Source: a virus
Taxonomy: Duplodnaviria > Caudoviricetes
Strand: one strand, 5' to 3'
Length of the DNA stretch: 31,550 bases
Virus record (IMG/VR): IMGVR_UViG_3300014656_000090
Span: 1-31,550 of that record
Part shown: piece after piece, positions 1 through 7,438 of the stretch
Layout: the number at the start of each line of letters is the position of its first letter
Numbering within the stretch: position 1 is the stretch's first letter
The notes under the pieces: model-generated
The model's input: only the letters and a program-made list of their open reading frames with translations
Database searches by the model: none
Told to the model about the DNA's origin: nothing
Program-made: the position numbers and the translations under genes

Positions 1-123
1 ATACTGGACGACCTGGGTGTAGAAAAAACCAGTGAGTGGGTGGCCGATAAACTGGACACCCTGGTTAACCACCGCTGGCTTGAGGGCAAATGCACGGTGT
101 TTACCACTAACCTGGCACCCAGC
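1..123. repeat. Terminal direct repeat, left copy (assembly circularisation overlap)
   Basis: Bases 1-123 are identical to 31428-31550, and the DnaC-like ORF reads in frame across the junction. This implies a circular or circularly permuted genome of 31,427 bp. Confidence 0.97.
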
Positions 124-246
124 CAACTGGCCCCACGCCTACGTAGCCGCATAAAGGAAGGCGTAACCGTTACCCTTGAGGGGCCCGACTACCGTGAGAT
201 TAAGGCCAAGATGCGGCGGGCAAAGGAGGTGGGGAGTGAAGCTTAA
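1..246 (+). CDS. DnaC/IstB-like AAA+ helicase loader, C-terminal part (gene starts at 30993 and crosses the junction; about 226 aa in total)
   Basis: Frame 1 reads ILDDLGVEKTSEWVADKLDTLVNHRWLEGKCTVFTTNL...RLRSRI...GPDYR, which contains the Walker B (ILDDLG), TTN sensor and RxxSR motifs typical of DnaC/IstB. Confidence 0.92.
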   Translation: MLDDLGVEKTSEWVADKLDTLVNHRWLEGKCTVFTTNLAPSQLAPRLRSRIKEGVTVTLEGPDYREIKAKMRRAKEVGSEA

Positions 247-478
247 GTTTTGGGTATGGCTTATGAGGTATGCGTGGAGGCGGGCCAGGGCGGCTAATGG
301 GAACCAAATACCTGACGGTGTGCCTGGCGTAAGGAGTGTAGCCGACCCATGTGATGCCTACGAACCCAGGAATAAACGGAAAGGTGGCTGGCAAGGATAT
401 TGCGGAACCGATGGCCACTACCTATGTGCAGAGTGTTACCATAAAATGGAGGTGGATAATGCCGTGCCAAGTGATTGA
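236..478 (+). CDS. Hypothetical protein, Cys/His-rich (possible zinc binding), 80 aa
   Basis: GTG at 236 follows AGGAGGT and overlaps the stop of the DnaC-like gene. Contains a C..C.TDGHYLCAEC motif. Confidence 0.7.
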   Translation: MKLKFWVWLMRYAWRRARAANGNQIPDGVPGVRSVADPCDAYEPRNKRKGGWQGYCGTDGHYLCAECYHKMEVDNAVPSD

Positions 479-722
479 ATTACCTGACGGTGGCACGATG
501 ATAGCATGTGGTCGCCGCCAACCCCGACCAAAATGCTACCTTTGTGGCAAGCCCGCACCATACCTGTGTGATTACATATTGCAGTTTGACCTTAACAACC
601 CCATATGTGACCGCCCGCTGTGTGAACAGCACAGGGTTAAGCGGTGCCTAAACATTGATTATTGCCCCGATCATGCGGCCCTGGCAGATAGTATTAACGA
701 TAATAGCGAGGCAATAGCATGA
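459..722 (+). CDS. Small zinc-finger protein, 87 aa
   Basis: ATG at 459 follows GGAGGT. Motifs CYLCG, LCD, CDRPLCEQH and DYCPDH. Confidence 0.8.
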   Translation: MPCQVIELPDGGTMIACGRRQPRPKCYLCGKPAPYLCDYILQFDLNNPICDRPLCEQHRVKRCLNIDYCPDHAALADSINDNSEAIA

Positions 723-1111
723 GGCCCGATTTAACCACCATACTTGGCCAGGGCTGGACTTATTGCCCACGGTGTGATGCCGACAGCATGGTGAAGACTG
801 AGCAGGGCTGGCATTGCCCCTGGTGCGGTATTAGCATGATGCTGGCCCAGCCGCCGCCCATAAGCGAGGTAATGCTGTGGAGTGATGCATTGGACACGGA
901 ACAGGTTATGCGTGAAATGAACCATATACAGCAAAAGACCACGGTATGGGCCACGGCACAAGCCAAATTAAGGCCGCCCAAGCGGGTGTGTGCGTTTATA
1001 AAGCTGTGCAATTTGCTGGGTTGGTTGTTTGGGTGTAGAGTCCAGATGGTATTAGATAAAACAGTAAAGGAGGGAACAAGTGAGCAAGAAAGAACAAAAG
1101 ACCACAGGTAA
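719..1111 (+). CDS. Hypothetical protein with N-terminal zinc ribbon
   Basis: ATGA overlap with the previous gene. CPRC...HCPWCG motif. Confidence 0.75.
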   Translation: MRPDLTTILGQGWTYCPRCDADSMVKTEQGWHCPWCGISMMLAQPPPISEVMLWSDALDTEQVMREMNHIQQKTTVWATAQAKLRPPKRVCAFIKLCNLLGWLFGCRVQMVLDKTVKEGTSEQERTKDHR

Positions 1112-1439
1112 GGCAATACGGGAAGCTGAAAGGAACAAGGGCCAGGTGAGATTAAAATGCGTTTACCCACCGTGCTCTAACCAGGTAGTGGTGCCCGCCC
1201 CGCCCGAGGGCATAGTGGTGGGTAGCGTAGGCCACATACAGAAGCTGGGTAAGATACCGCTATGCCCTATGCACATGGAACTGTTACAGTTTTACATGTG
1301 GTGCCAAATAAGTGTGAAAGTGGAAGCCCAACGCACCCCTGGCGGCTTGGTGCTACCTGGTCATGAGAAATATACCGCACCTATGCCCAGCAAAGAGAAC
1401 GTGCTAGCCATGCGGCGGCCCGTGGGAGGTAAGCAATGA
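1080..1439 (+). CDS. Hypothetical protein (C-x4-C...LCPMH putative zinc site)
   Basis: GTG start after a strong AAAGGAGGGAAC SD. 119 aa ORF. Confidence 0.8.
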   Translation: MSKKEQKTTGKAIREAERNKGQVRLKCVYPPCSNQVVVPAPPEGIVVGSVGHIQKLGKIPLCPMHMELLQFYMWCQISVKVEAQRTPGGLVLPGHEKYTAPMPSKENVLAMRRPVGGKQ

Positions 1440-1534
1440 TACAGATTGACCCGATTGTGTTCTGGGTGCTGGTAGCCGCTGTGTTTGTGGCTGGGGCGGG
1501 TATTGGCTGGATATTACGGCACTTTCAAATGTAG
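1436..1534 (+). CDS. Small single-pass membrane protein, 32 aa (MIQIDPIVFWVLVAAVFVAGAGIGWILRHFQM)
   Basis: Below the ORF-track cutoff. Has a GGAGGT SD, an ATGA overlap with the upstream gene and one hydrophobic helix, and fills the gap exactly. Confidence 0.7.
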   Translation: MIQIDPIVFWVLVAAVFVAGAGIGWILRHFQM

Positions 1535-1543
1535 GAGGGAACA

Positions 1544-1975
1544 ATGGATTGCAGGGTTAAAACACTATGGCACGGCCAGGTGGGCGTTAACGAGGAACGC
1601 TATGTTAAGCCCGCCCTGGCCAAACGGGAACCGTTGCACATTACGCTACTGGAAACGGGCGAGGTTATGACAGTGCCGCATGACAAGCTACTCAAAGCCC
1701 AGGTAGCCCGTAGTGAGCACCAGTTCAGGGACAAATACGGTGGGGCCGATTACTATTTGGTATATTACCAGTGGGTGCCCGAGCAAAAGCCGCTGGTGGC
1801 CGCACAGTGGGCGGCGTTGCTGGATAAGGGCTTGTTCACGGAGGTGCTTTGTTACCAAAAGCTACCAGGTAAGGGTGCGAGATATTTGCTACACCCAGCC
1901 GAAATGGAACGAATACACGACCAAGCCGCCCAACTGGCATTAAAGGAGGTGAATTATGCAAGCCGTAACTGGTAA
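1544..1975 (+). CDS. Hypothetical protein
   Basis: AGGAGGGAAC SD, 143 aa ORF in an operon-like arrangement. Confidence 0.8.
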   Translation: MDCRVKTLWHGQVGVNEERYVKPALAKREPLHITLLETGEVMTVPHDKLLKAQVARSEHQFRDKYGGADYYLVYYQWVPEQKPLVAAQWAALLDKGLFTEVLCYQKLPGKGARYLLHPAEMERIHDQAAQLALKEVNYASRNW

Positions 1976-2270
1976 GGAACTAGGGCTGGTGCTGTGCAAG
2001 ATATTTGACCAGCCCGTGGACAGGGTGCAAAGCGTAACGGTTACCGCCGAGGCAAGCGGTATGGCCAGTGTGATGATTAGCCGCCTGGTTACCGAGGAGG
2101 AGGCCGCCAGCCTGGCCACCCTGTTTGAATACTTTGGCCTGGTTAAAACCAGCGAATACCGCCAGGAACACCCGCAAGGCTTTGAGGCTGGTGCGGTGGC
2201 CACGGACGATTGGAGTAAAATAGCCCGTGAAGCCCTGGGTGGGATAGAGGAGGTGCCCGATGGTAGTTAA
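1956..2270 (+). CDS. Hypothetical protein
   Basis: AAGGAGGTG SD, and overlaps both neighbours. Confidence 0.75.
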   Translation: MQAVTGKELGLVLCKIFDQPVDRVQSVTVTAEASGMASVMISRLVTEEEAASLATLFEYFGLVKTSEYRQEHPQGFEAGAVATDDWSKIAREALGGIEEVPDGS

Positions 2271-2571
2271 CCCGTGGCCGCTGGCTTGGGCCCTGGTAGC
2301 CCTTAACCTGGGCGACTGTATAACCACCTGGATAGGCGTGCGGCGTTACCATGCCAGGGAACTTAACCCCGTGGGCCGTGGCCTGTTCCGACTTATAACC
2401 GTTCCAGGTGCAATGGTGCTGAAAATGGCCGTGGTGTGTGGCATGTGCTGGTTGCTGGCTATGGTAGGCGAGTGGCAAGTGCTGGCCGCCTTTGTGCTGG
2501 TTTATGCCGCCCTGATAGGCTGGAATACCGCCAGGCTGGGAGTGCATAAGCGGAGGGCCCAGGGTGGCTAA
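2260..2571 (+). CDS. Membrane protein, DUF5658-like
   Basis: LNLGDCITTWIG...ELNP...LK motif with about 3 hydrophobic segments. GAGGAGGT SD. Confidence 0.7.
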   Translation: MVVNPWPLAWALVALNLGDCITTWIGVRRYHARELNPVGRGLFRLITVPGAMVLKMAVVCGMCWLLAMVGEWQVLAAFVLVYAALIGWNTARLGVHKRRAQGG

Positions 2572-2977
2572 AATAGACCTGCTGGACACGCTGTTTAGCG
2601 AGTATATTCGCAAGCGTGCTATGGCCAGGGTGCACGGCTGTGAACGGTGCTTTGCTGGGAAGACTGACTACAAGCAATTACAGTGTTCGCACTTCATAGG
2701 CCGCACCACCAAAGCCGTGCGGTGGGACGAGGACAACGCCGCCGGCCTTTGCCCTGGGTGCCACATATATTTGGAACACCACCCGCTTGAGCATGTGCAA
2801 TGGTTCAAAAACTACCTGGGCGAAACAGACTTCAATTTGCTACAGGCCCGCCAGCGGGTAAGGCAAAAACCCGACAAGGCCGTGCTGGCCATATACTACA
2901 GGCGTAAGGTGCGTGAACTGGACGCTGGGCACTACGACAATGACGCACTGAGAGCCACAAACAGGCCCCTGTTTTAA
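2564..2977 (+). CDS. NinG/Rap-like recombination endonuclease
   Basis: LDTLFSEYIRKR...CERC...QCSHFIGR...VRWDEDNAAGLCPGCH matches the NinG-family pattern. Confidence 0.85.
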   Translation: MAKIDLLDTLFSEYIRKRAMARVHGCERCFAGKTDYKQLQCSHFIGRTTKAVRWDEDNAAGLCPGCHIYLEHHPLEHVQWFKNYLGETDFNLLQARQRVRQKPDKAVLAIYYRRKVRELDAGHYDNDALRATNRPLF

Positions 2978-3014
2978 CCTGGCCAATGGATTATACCTGG
3001 GAGGTTGTGCCTAG

Positions 3015-3218
3015 ATGCCGAGATTATGGGACATGCTGACCGATGAAGGTTGTATAAAGCTGATTCAATACCAGGCCGAAAACTACCCTGATGAGCCGCT
3101 TTTTGTTCGGGTGCACCAAGACCCGCCCGTGGTAATTGAAACGGTTACGGAACCCCTAAACGAGATTGACCGCATAATGAGGCAACCGCCTGGCCCTCAA
3201 TGGAGGGTTGAGCCATGA
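3015..3218 (+). CDS. Hypothetical protein
   Basis: GGGAGGT SD, 67 aa, ATGA overlap with the next gene. Confidence 0.65.
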   Translation: MPRLWDMLTDEGCIKLIQYQAENYPDEPLFVRVHQDPPVVIETVTEPLNEIDRIMRQPPGPQWRVEP

Positions 3219-3697
3219 ACCAGTGCCAGCAATGCCGCAAGGAAAGAAGGTCATGGAAGGATTGCCCCGCCGTGCCGAAGTGGTTCGGCCCCGCCGATAT
3301 TTGCTATTGCCCGCACCAGGTGGAGTGGATATTAAGTAACCTGGCCACGCTGAAAAGCGGTTACTGGCCGCCCGAGCATGTGGAAACAGGCTACTACGAT
3401 ACGGGCGGGCGTAAGGTGCGGCGTGGCGGGGCCTACTTTGAGGTGCCCATTATTGTAGCCGCTGATGTTGAAACCAGGTTGGATATGTGCGGGCCTGATG
3501 GCGTGCTGGCCAAGCAATGCCTGGGCAACGGCTGGGACGAAGGCACCCTGGCCGACATAATGAATAAGCCGTTGCACGTGATACAGGCCAAAATACGGCG
3601 GGTGGTGAACTACTGTAGCGGGGCCCGCACCAGGCAAATTACCTACTACGAGTTTACCAGGCGGCGTGGTATTGCCAGGGCCCAGCGTGGAAATTAA
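3215..3697 (+). CDS. Putative late transcription regulator (Cys-rich N-terminus, C-terminal sigma-region-4-like HTH)
   Basis: Last gene of the early operon, the slot where Q/ArpU/RinA-type regulators usually sit. GWDEGTLADIMNKPLHVIQAKIRRVVNY looks like an HTH. Function is inferred from position. Confidence 0.5.
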   Translation: MNQCQQCRKERRSWKDCPAVPKWFGPADICYCPHQVEWILSNLATLKSGYWPPEHVETGYYDTGGRKVRRGGAYFEVPIIVAADVETRLDMCGPDGVLAKQCLGNGWDEGTLADIMNKPLHVIQAKIRRVVNYCSGARTRQITYYEFTRRRGIARAQRGN

Positions 3698-3743
3698 CCG
3701 AGGCTGATGGCGTAATTTGCGGTCTGTTTTTGGGTATATCCGC

Positions 3744-3772
3744 TTGACAAATCAGCTTGACAGAACTATGAT
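3744..3772 (+). promoter_or_regulatory. Sigma70/SigA-type promoter for the HNH gene (leaderless transcript)
   Basis: TTGACA (3744-3749), 17 bp spacer, TATGAT (3767-3772). The predicted +1 falls on the ATG at 3779. Confidence 0.75.
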
Positions 3773-3778
3773 TAAACC

Positions 3779-4102
3779 ATGAATTATGAACAGCAACGAG
3801 TTAAGGATTTAAGGAACGAAGGTTTAACTTATCAACAAATAGGCGACCTACTTGGTTTTAGCCGCCAGCGTGCCCACCAGATATTGTCTGGTTATGAGTC
3901 AATGAATGTAAGAAAGGGTTTCAGGAAGGTTGTTAATTTAATAATTAAAAAACGGGACGGAGAATGTTGCCAATTCTGCATGGCCCAAGATAACCTTATT
4001 TTGCATCACAAAGATGGGGATACTCGGAACAATAATTCTTATAATCTCATAACAATGTGCCAGCGTTGCCATCGTGTTTTACACTCAGGGCTTGACAAAT
4101 AA
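3779..4102 (+). CDS. HNH endonuclease with N-terminal HTH
   Basis: GLTYQQIGDLLGFSRQRAHQI HTH, plus RDGECCQFC...HHKDGDTRNNNSYNLITMCQRCHRVLH HNH motif. AT-rich relative to its neighbours. Confidence 0.9.
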   Translation: MNYEQQRVKDLRNEGLTYQQIGDLLGFSRQRAHQILSGYESMNVRKGFRKVVNLIIKKRDGECCQFCMAQDNLILHHKDGDTRNNNSYNLITMCQRCHRVLHSGLDK

Positions 4103-4121
4103 TTTTAACCTGTTCTATACT
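4092..4121 (+). promoter_or_regulatory. Sigma70/SigA-type promoter upstream of the small RNA and the late operon
   Basis: TTGACA (4092-4097), 18 bp spacer, TATACT (4116-4121). Confidence 0.7.
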
Positions 4122-4127
4122 TGACAA

Positions 4128-4239
4128 ATAGAGGCCCTACTATGGGGCCGACAGGTTCCCTCCTTTGACAATAGGCCACCTGGTGCCGCAACCAGGTGGC
4201 CGCACGTTTATAGGGGCCCGCCCAGGCGGCGGGCTTTTT
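4128..4239 (+). ncRNA. Candidate ~110-nt small RNA with an exposed extended anti-Shine-Dalgarno sequence
   Basis: Promoter upstream, then hairpin 4133-4149, unpaired GGTTCCCTCCTTT (4154-4166), a perfect 11-bp hairpin 4174-4201 and an intrinsic terminator 4213-4239. No credible + strand ORF. Confidence 0.65.
4213..4239 (+). terminator. Rho-independent terminator ahead of the late operon
   Basis: GCCCGCC-caggc-GGCGGGC followed by TTTTT. Confidence 0.75.
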
Positions 4240-4299
4240 AGTTATGGCAATACTATACTGGCACTGTAAAGGTAGCACTGTAGTTGATGATGATGGGCG

Positions 4300-4482
4300 G
4301 TGTATATTGTGCGGGAGGATTATACACGTAACTGTTATAAAATGCGGTGCCCGCAATGTGTCTACTACTACGTTTACATTGGCCAGCCCTACGAATGGGA
4401 AGCGTGCCCGATATGCGGCTACGGCGGCCCGTTCCAAGATTTTATCCTTGAGGTAACGAATGGAAACCAAAGTATTAGTTAA
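4300..4482 (+). CDS. Small zinc-ribbon protein (start uncertain; overlaps alternative ORF 4244-4456)
   Basis: CPQC...CPICG motif. The SD is weak and the overlapping frame also has Cys motifs. Confidence 0.45.
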   Translation: MYIVREDYTRNCYKMRCPQCVYYYVYIGQPYEWEACPICGYGGPFQDFILEVTNGNQSIS

Positions 4483-5656
4483 CTGTGCCTACGACGAAAT
4501 GGTGCCGTTGCACAAGTTGGTGCCTAACCCACGGAACCCGAACACCCACCCTGAGGAACAGTTACGCTTGCTGGCTAAGATAATTGACTACCAGGGCTGG
4601 CGTAACCCTATTGTGGTAAGCACCCGTAGCGGCTTCATTGTTAAGGGCCATGCCCGCCTAACCGCCGCAGAACGGTTAGGCTTAACCGAGGTGCCCGTTG
4701 ATTACCAGGACTACGAAAGCGAAGCCCAGGAGTGGGCCGACCTACTGGCCGACAACCGCATTGCAGAACTGGCCGAAATGGATAGGCCCATGCTTAAGGA
4801 CTTGCTACAGGAGATAGATACGGGCGACTTTGACCTTGAGCTAACGGGCTTCACTGAGACAGTCCTGGAAGATATGATGACCGAGTTCCACGTGCCGAGT
4901 GAGGGCTTAACCGATGATGATGCCGTGCCCGAGGACGTGGAACCGTTATGCAAGACGGGCGACCTCTGGCAGTTGGGCAATCATCGGCTCTTATGCGGGG
5001 ATGCTACCAAGCGAGAGGATGTGGAGAGGTTGATGGGCGGAGAGAAGGCGGATATGGTGTTTACTGACCCACCTTATGGAATAAATGTCGTGGGTAGTGA
5101 TGGCAAAATTGGCGGTGGCTCAAAAGGTGTGCCCTCAAGAACGGTGCGGCAGATTAAAGGTGATGACCGTCAATTTGACCTATTGCCGCTATTGAAATTG
5201 GCCCCGATATCTGTAATTTGGGGCGGTAATTATTATGCACATTTACTGCCTTTTGGTGGTGTCTGGTTTGTGTGGGATAAAATGAGGCGTATGGAAGACC
5301 ACAGCTTTTCTGATTGTGAATTGGCTTGGACAAATATTAAAGGTGTGGTTGTTAAGCAATACGAATTATTGTGGGACGGTTATGCACGTAGTGGTAGTCG
5401 CAAGGATGAAGGTTTACATCGTTATCATCCTGCACAAAAGCCAGTTGGCTTGATAACAAATATCCTTTCTGATTATGGGAAGGCCGCCATCTCAATCCTT
5501 GACCTATTCGGTGGTTCAGGCTCAACTCTAATAGCCTGTGAGAAGCTAGGCCGCCGTTGCTTTATGATGGAAATAGACGAGCATTACTGTGATGTGATTA
5601 TCAAGCGGTGGGAGGACTTCACGGGAAAGCAAGCTGTAAAGGTAGGTAACGACTAA
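4460..5656 (+). CDS. ParB/Srx-like domain fused to an N6A/N4C DNA methyltransferase (beta class)
   Basis: N-terminal LVPNPRNPNTH...GHARL...ADNRIAE ParB-like domain. MTase motifs VFTDPPYG, HPAQKP, LDLFGGSGSTLIACE and EIDEHYCDVIIKRW. Confidence 0.93.
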   Translation: METKVLVNCAYDEMVPLHKLVPNPRNPNTHPEEQLRLLAKIIDYQGWRNPIVVSTRSGFIVKGHARLTAAERLGLTEVPVDYQDYESEAQEWADLLADNRIAELAEMDRPMLKDLLQEIDTGDFDLELTGFTETVLEDMMTEFHVPSEGLTDDDAVPEDVEPLCKTGDLWQLGNHRLLCGDATKREDVERLMGGEKADMVFTDPPYGINVVGSDGKIGGGSKGVPSRTVRQIKGDDRQFDLLPLLKLAPISVIWGGNYYAHLLPFGGVWFVWDKMRRMEDHSFSDCELAWTNIKGVVVKQYELLWDGYARSGSRKDEGLHRYHPAQKPVGLITNILSDYGKAAISILDLFGGSGSTLIACEKLGRRCFMMEIDEHYCDVIIKRWEDFTGKQAVKVGND

Positions 5657-6204
5657 TGGCAGAACGTAATAAAGGTGGAACGCCGAAAGGCTTAACGCAC
5701 AGGCGGCGGGTGCTGGTGGGCCAGCTATGGTTGCGTGGTAACAGTGAACGGGCCATAGCCGAAATGGTGCGGGCGGAGGCCGTCCACCCTGGTAGCCCGT
5801 TGCGTGGTTGCGAGAAGACCACCCACATAACCGTGCACCTGGACGTGGAGGCCTGTAGGGAGGAGTGGGTTAAGCGTGATGGCTGCAAGCTGGACGAGAA
5901 GCGAACCGAACAGGTAAGCCGCTTGCTGGACATTGTGCACCAGGCGTGGGTTGATTTTACCAACAAGGCCGAGTATTTACGGCCACAGTATTTACGTATT
6001 GCTCTTGATGCCGAGGAAAAGCTGGCCAAGTTGATGGGCACACTGGCCCCTGTCCAGCTTACGGGTGGTGAAGGTGAACCGTTGATGCCGCCAACGGTGA
6101 TATTCCAGTGGCCCGATGGCACAGAGTTTAAGCCGCCACGTAATGGCCATGAACCGATAGAGGTTAAAGCCAGTGGTAATGGCGACGAGCCCGACAGAGG
6201 TTAA
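5656..6204 (+). CDS. Terminase small subunit
   Basis: Immediately upstream of and overlapping TerL. N-terminal HTH-like segment, helical middle and a QLTGGEGEPL tail motif typical of TerS. Confidence 0.75.
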   Translation: MAERNKGGTPKGLTHRRRVLVGQLWLRGNSERAIAEMVRAEAVHPGSPLRGCEKTTHITVHLDVEACREEWVKRDGCKLDEKRTEQVSRLLDIVHQAWVDFTNKAEYLRPQYLRIALDAEEKLAKLMGTLAPVQLTGGEGEPLMPPTVIFQWPDGTEFKPPRNGHEPIEVKASGNGDEPDRG

Positions 6205-7435
6205 ACTAACCCCATTTGGTGGCCAAGCTAACCTACTGGCCGATGAACGGGCCCGCACCCTGGCGGCAATAGCGGGCACGGGCGGCGGTAAAACACAGCT
6301 TGGCTACTGGTGGCTTTACCTACGAATGAAAGACGACCCTGGGTATGCGTGGGGCCTGGCAGAACCGACATACCCGATGCTTGAGAAAATTATCATACAC
6401 AGCCCCGACCCCAGGCGGCCCGACCTGATAACCTGGTTCCGCAATATGGGCTGGCACCCACGTTACGAGGCTGTGGCCAAGATACTTAACACGGACTACG
6501 GCAAAGTTTACCTGGGTAGTGCCGACAACCCCAATAGCATGCAGGGTGCCGCCGTAAGAGGTTACTGGCTGGACGAGGGCGGCATGATGAGCCTCATAGC
6601 TTACCAGACCGCCATGCAGAGGGTGAGCCTTTACGACGGCCAGGTGCTAATAACCACTACCCCTTATAATAGGGGCTGGCTTAAGACCGAGGTAAACGAC
6701 AAGGCCGAGGGCAATTACATACACGTGGAACGGTGGGCGAGTATTGCTAACCCAGCGTTCCCGAAGCATGTATTTGAGGAAATGAGAAGCGGGCCCAACG
6801 CCATGCAACCGCACCGCTTCCGCATGGTGTATATGGCCGAGTTTGAACGGCCCGTGGGCATGATATACGCCAGCTTTGACAGTGAGAAGTGCGTTATACC
6901 GCCCTTCAAGATACCGAAAAGCTGGCCCAGGTATGTTGGCCAGGACTACGGGCCCGTGCACACCGCTGTTATTTGGTATGCCAAGAACCCCGTAAAATAC
7001 CAGGGCTGGCCAGCGGGCACCATGTTTGCTTACCGTGAATACCTGGAAGGCAACAAGAGTATTAAGCAACATTCCACCGACCTTAAGGGATTAAGCAAAG
7101 GCGAACCAATACAGATGAAGGCCGCCAGCCCGCTGGGTAGTGAACGCCAGTGGCGGCGGGAGTTTAGCGAGCAAGGCTGGCACCTACAGGAGTGCAAGGT
7201 TACCGATGTTGAGGTGGGCATTGACAGGGTGTGGGCCATGCACCAGGGCAACAAGCTGGTTTACTTTAACACGCTACACCACACCATAAGTCAAAAAGAG
7301 GACTACCGCCGTAAGCTGGACGAGAGCCAGCAACCGACGGAGGCCATAGAAAACAAGGAACAGTTCCACTTTATGGACGCAGAACGGTATATTGTAGCCC
7401 ACATGCAAGGGCGGCGGGCGATATTTGAGGCGTAA
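6173..7435 (+). CDS. Terminase large subunit
   Basis: Walker A AGTGGGKT, Walker B YWLDE, TTTP coupling motif, and RNase H-like GQDYG...HFMDAERY. The start could be ATG 6179. Confidence 0.95.
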   Translation: MVMATSPTEVKLTPFGGQANLLADERARTLAAIAGTGGGKTQLGYWWLYLRMKDDPGYAWGLAEPTYPMLEKIIIHSPDPRRPDLITWFRNMGWHPRYEAVAKILNTDYGKVYLGSADNPNSMQGAAVRGYWLDEGGMMSLIAYQTAMQRVSLYDGQVLITTTPYNRGWLKTEVNDKAEGNYIHVERWASIANPAFPKHVFEEMRSGPNAMQPHRFRMVYMAEFERPVGMIYASFDSEKCVIPPFKIPKSWPRYVGQDYGPVHTAVIWYAKNPVKYQGWPAGTMFAYREYLEGNKSIKQHSTDLKGLSKGEPIQMKAASPLGSERQWRREFSEQGWHLQECKVTDVEVGIDRVWAMHQGNKLVYFNTLHHTISQKEDYRRKLDESQQPTEAIENKEQFHFMDAERYIVAHMQGRRAIFEA

Positions 7436-7438
7436 ATT

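Noticed and set aside
1-123. Terminal repeat as a biological phage terminal repeat or att site
   Set aside because: It falls in the middle of the DnaC-like gene and is an exact k-mer-sized overlap, typical of assembler circularisation.
4460-4900. ParB domain as evidence of a plasmid partition system
   Set aside because: ParB-like domains fused to methyltransferases next to terminase genes are common in phages, and no ParA is present.
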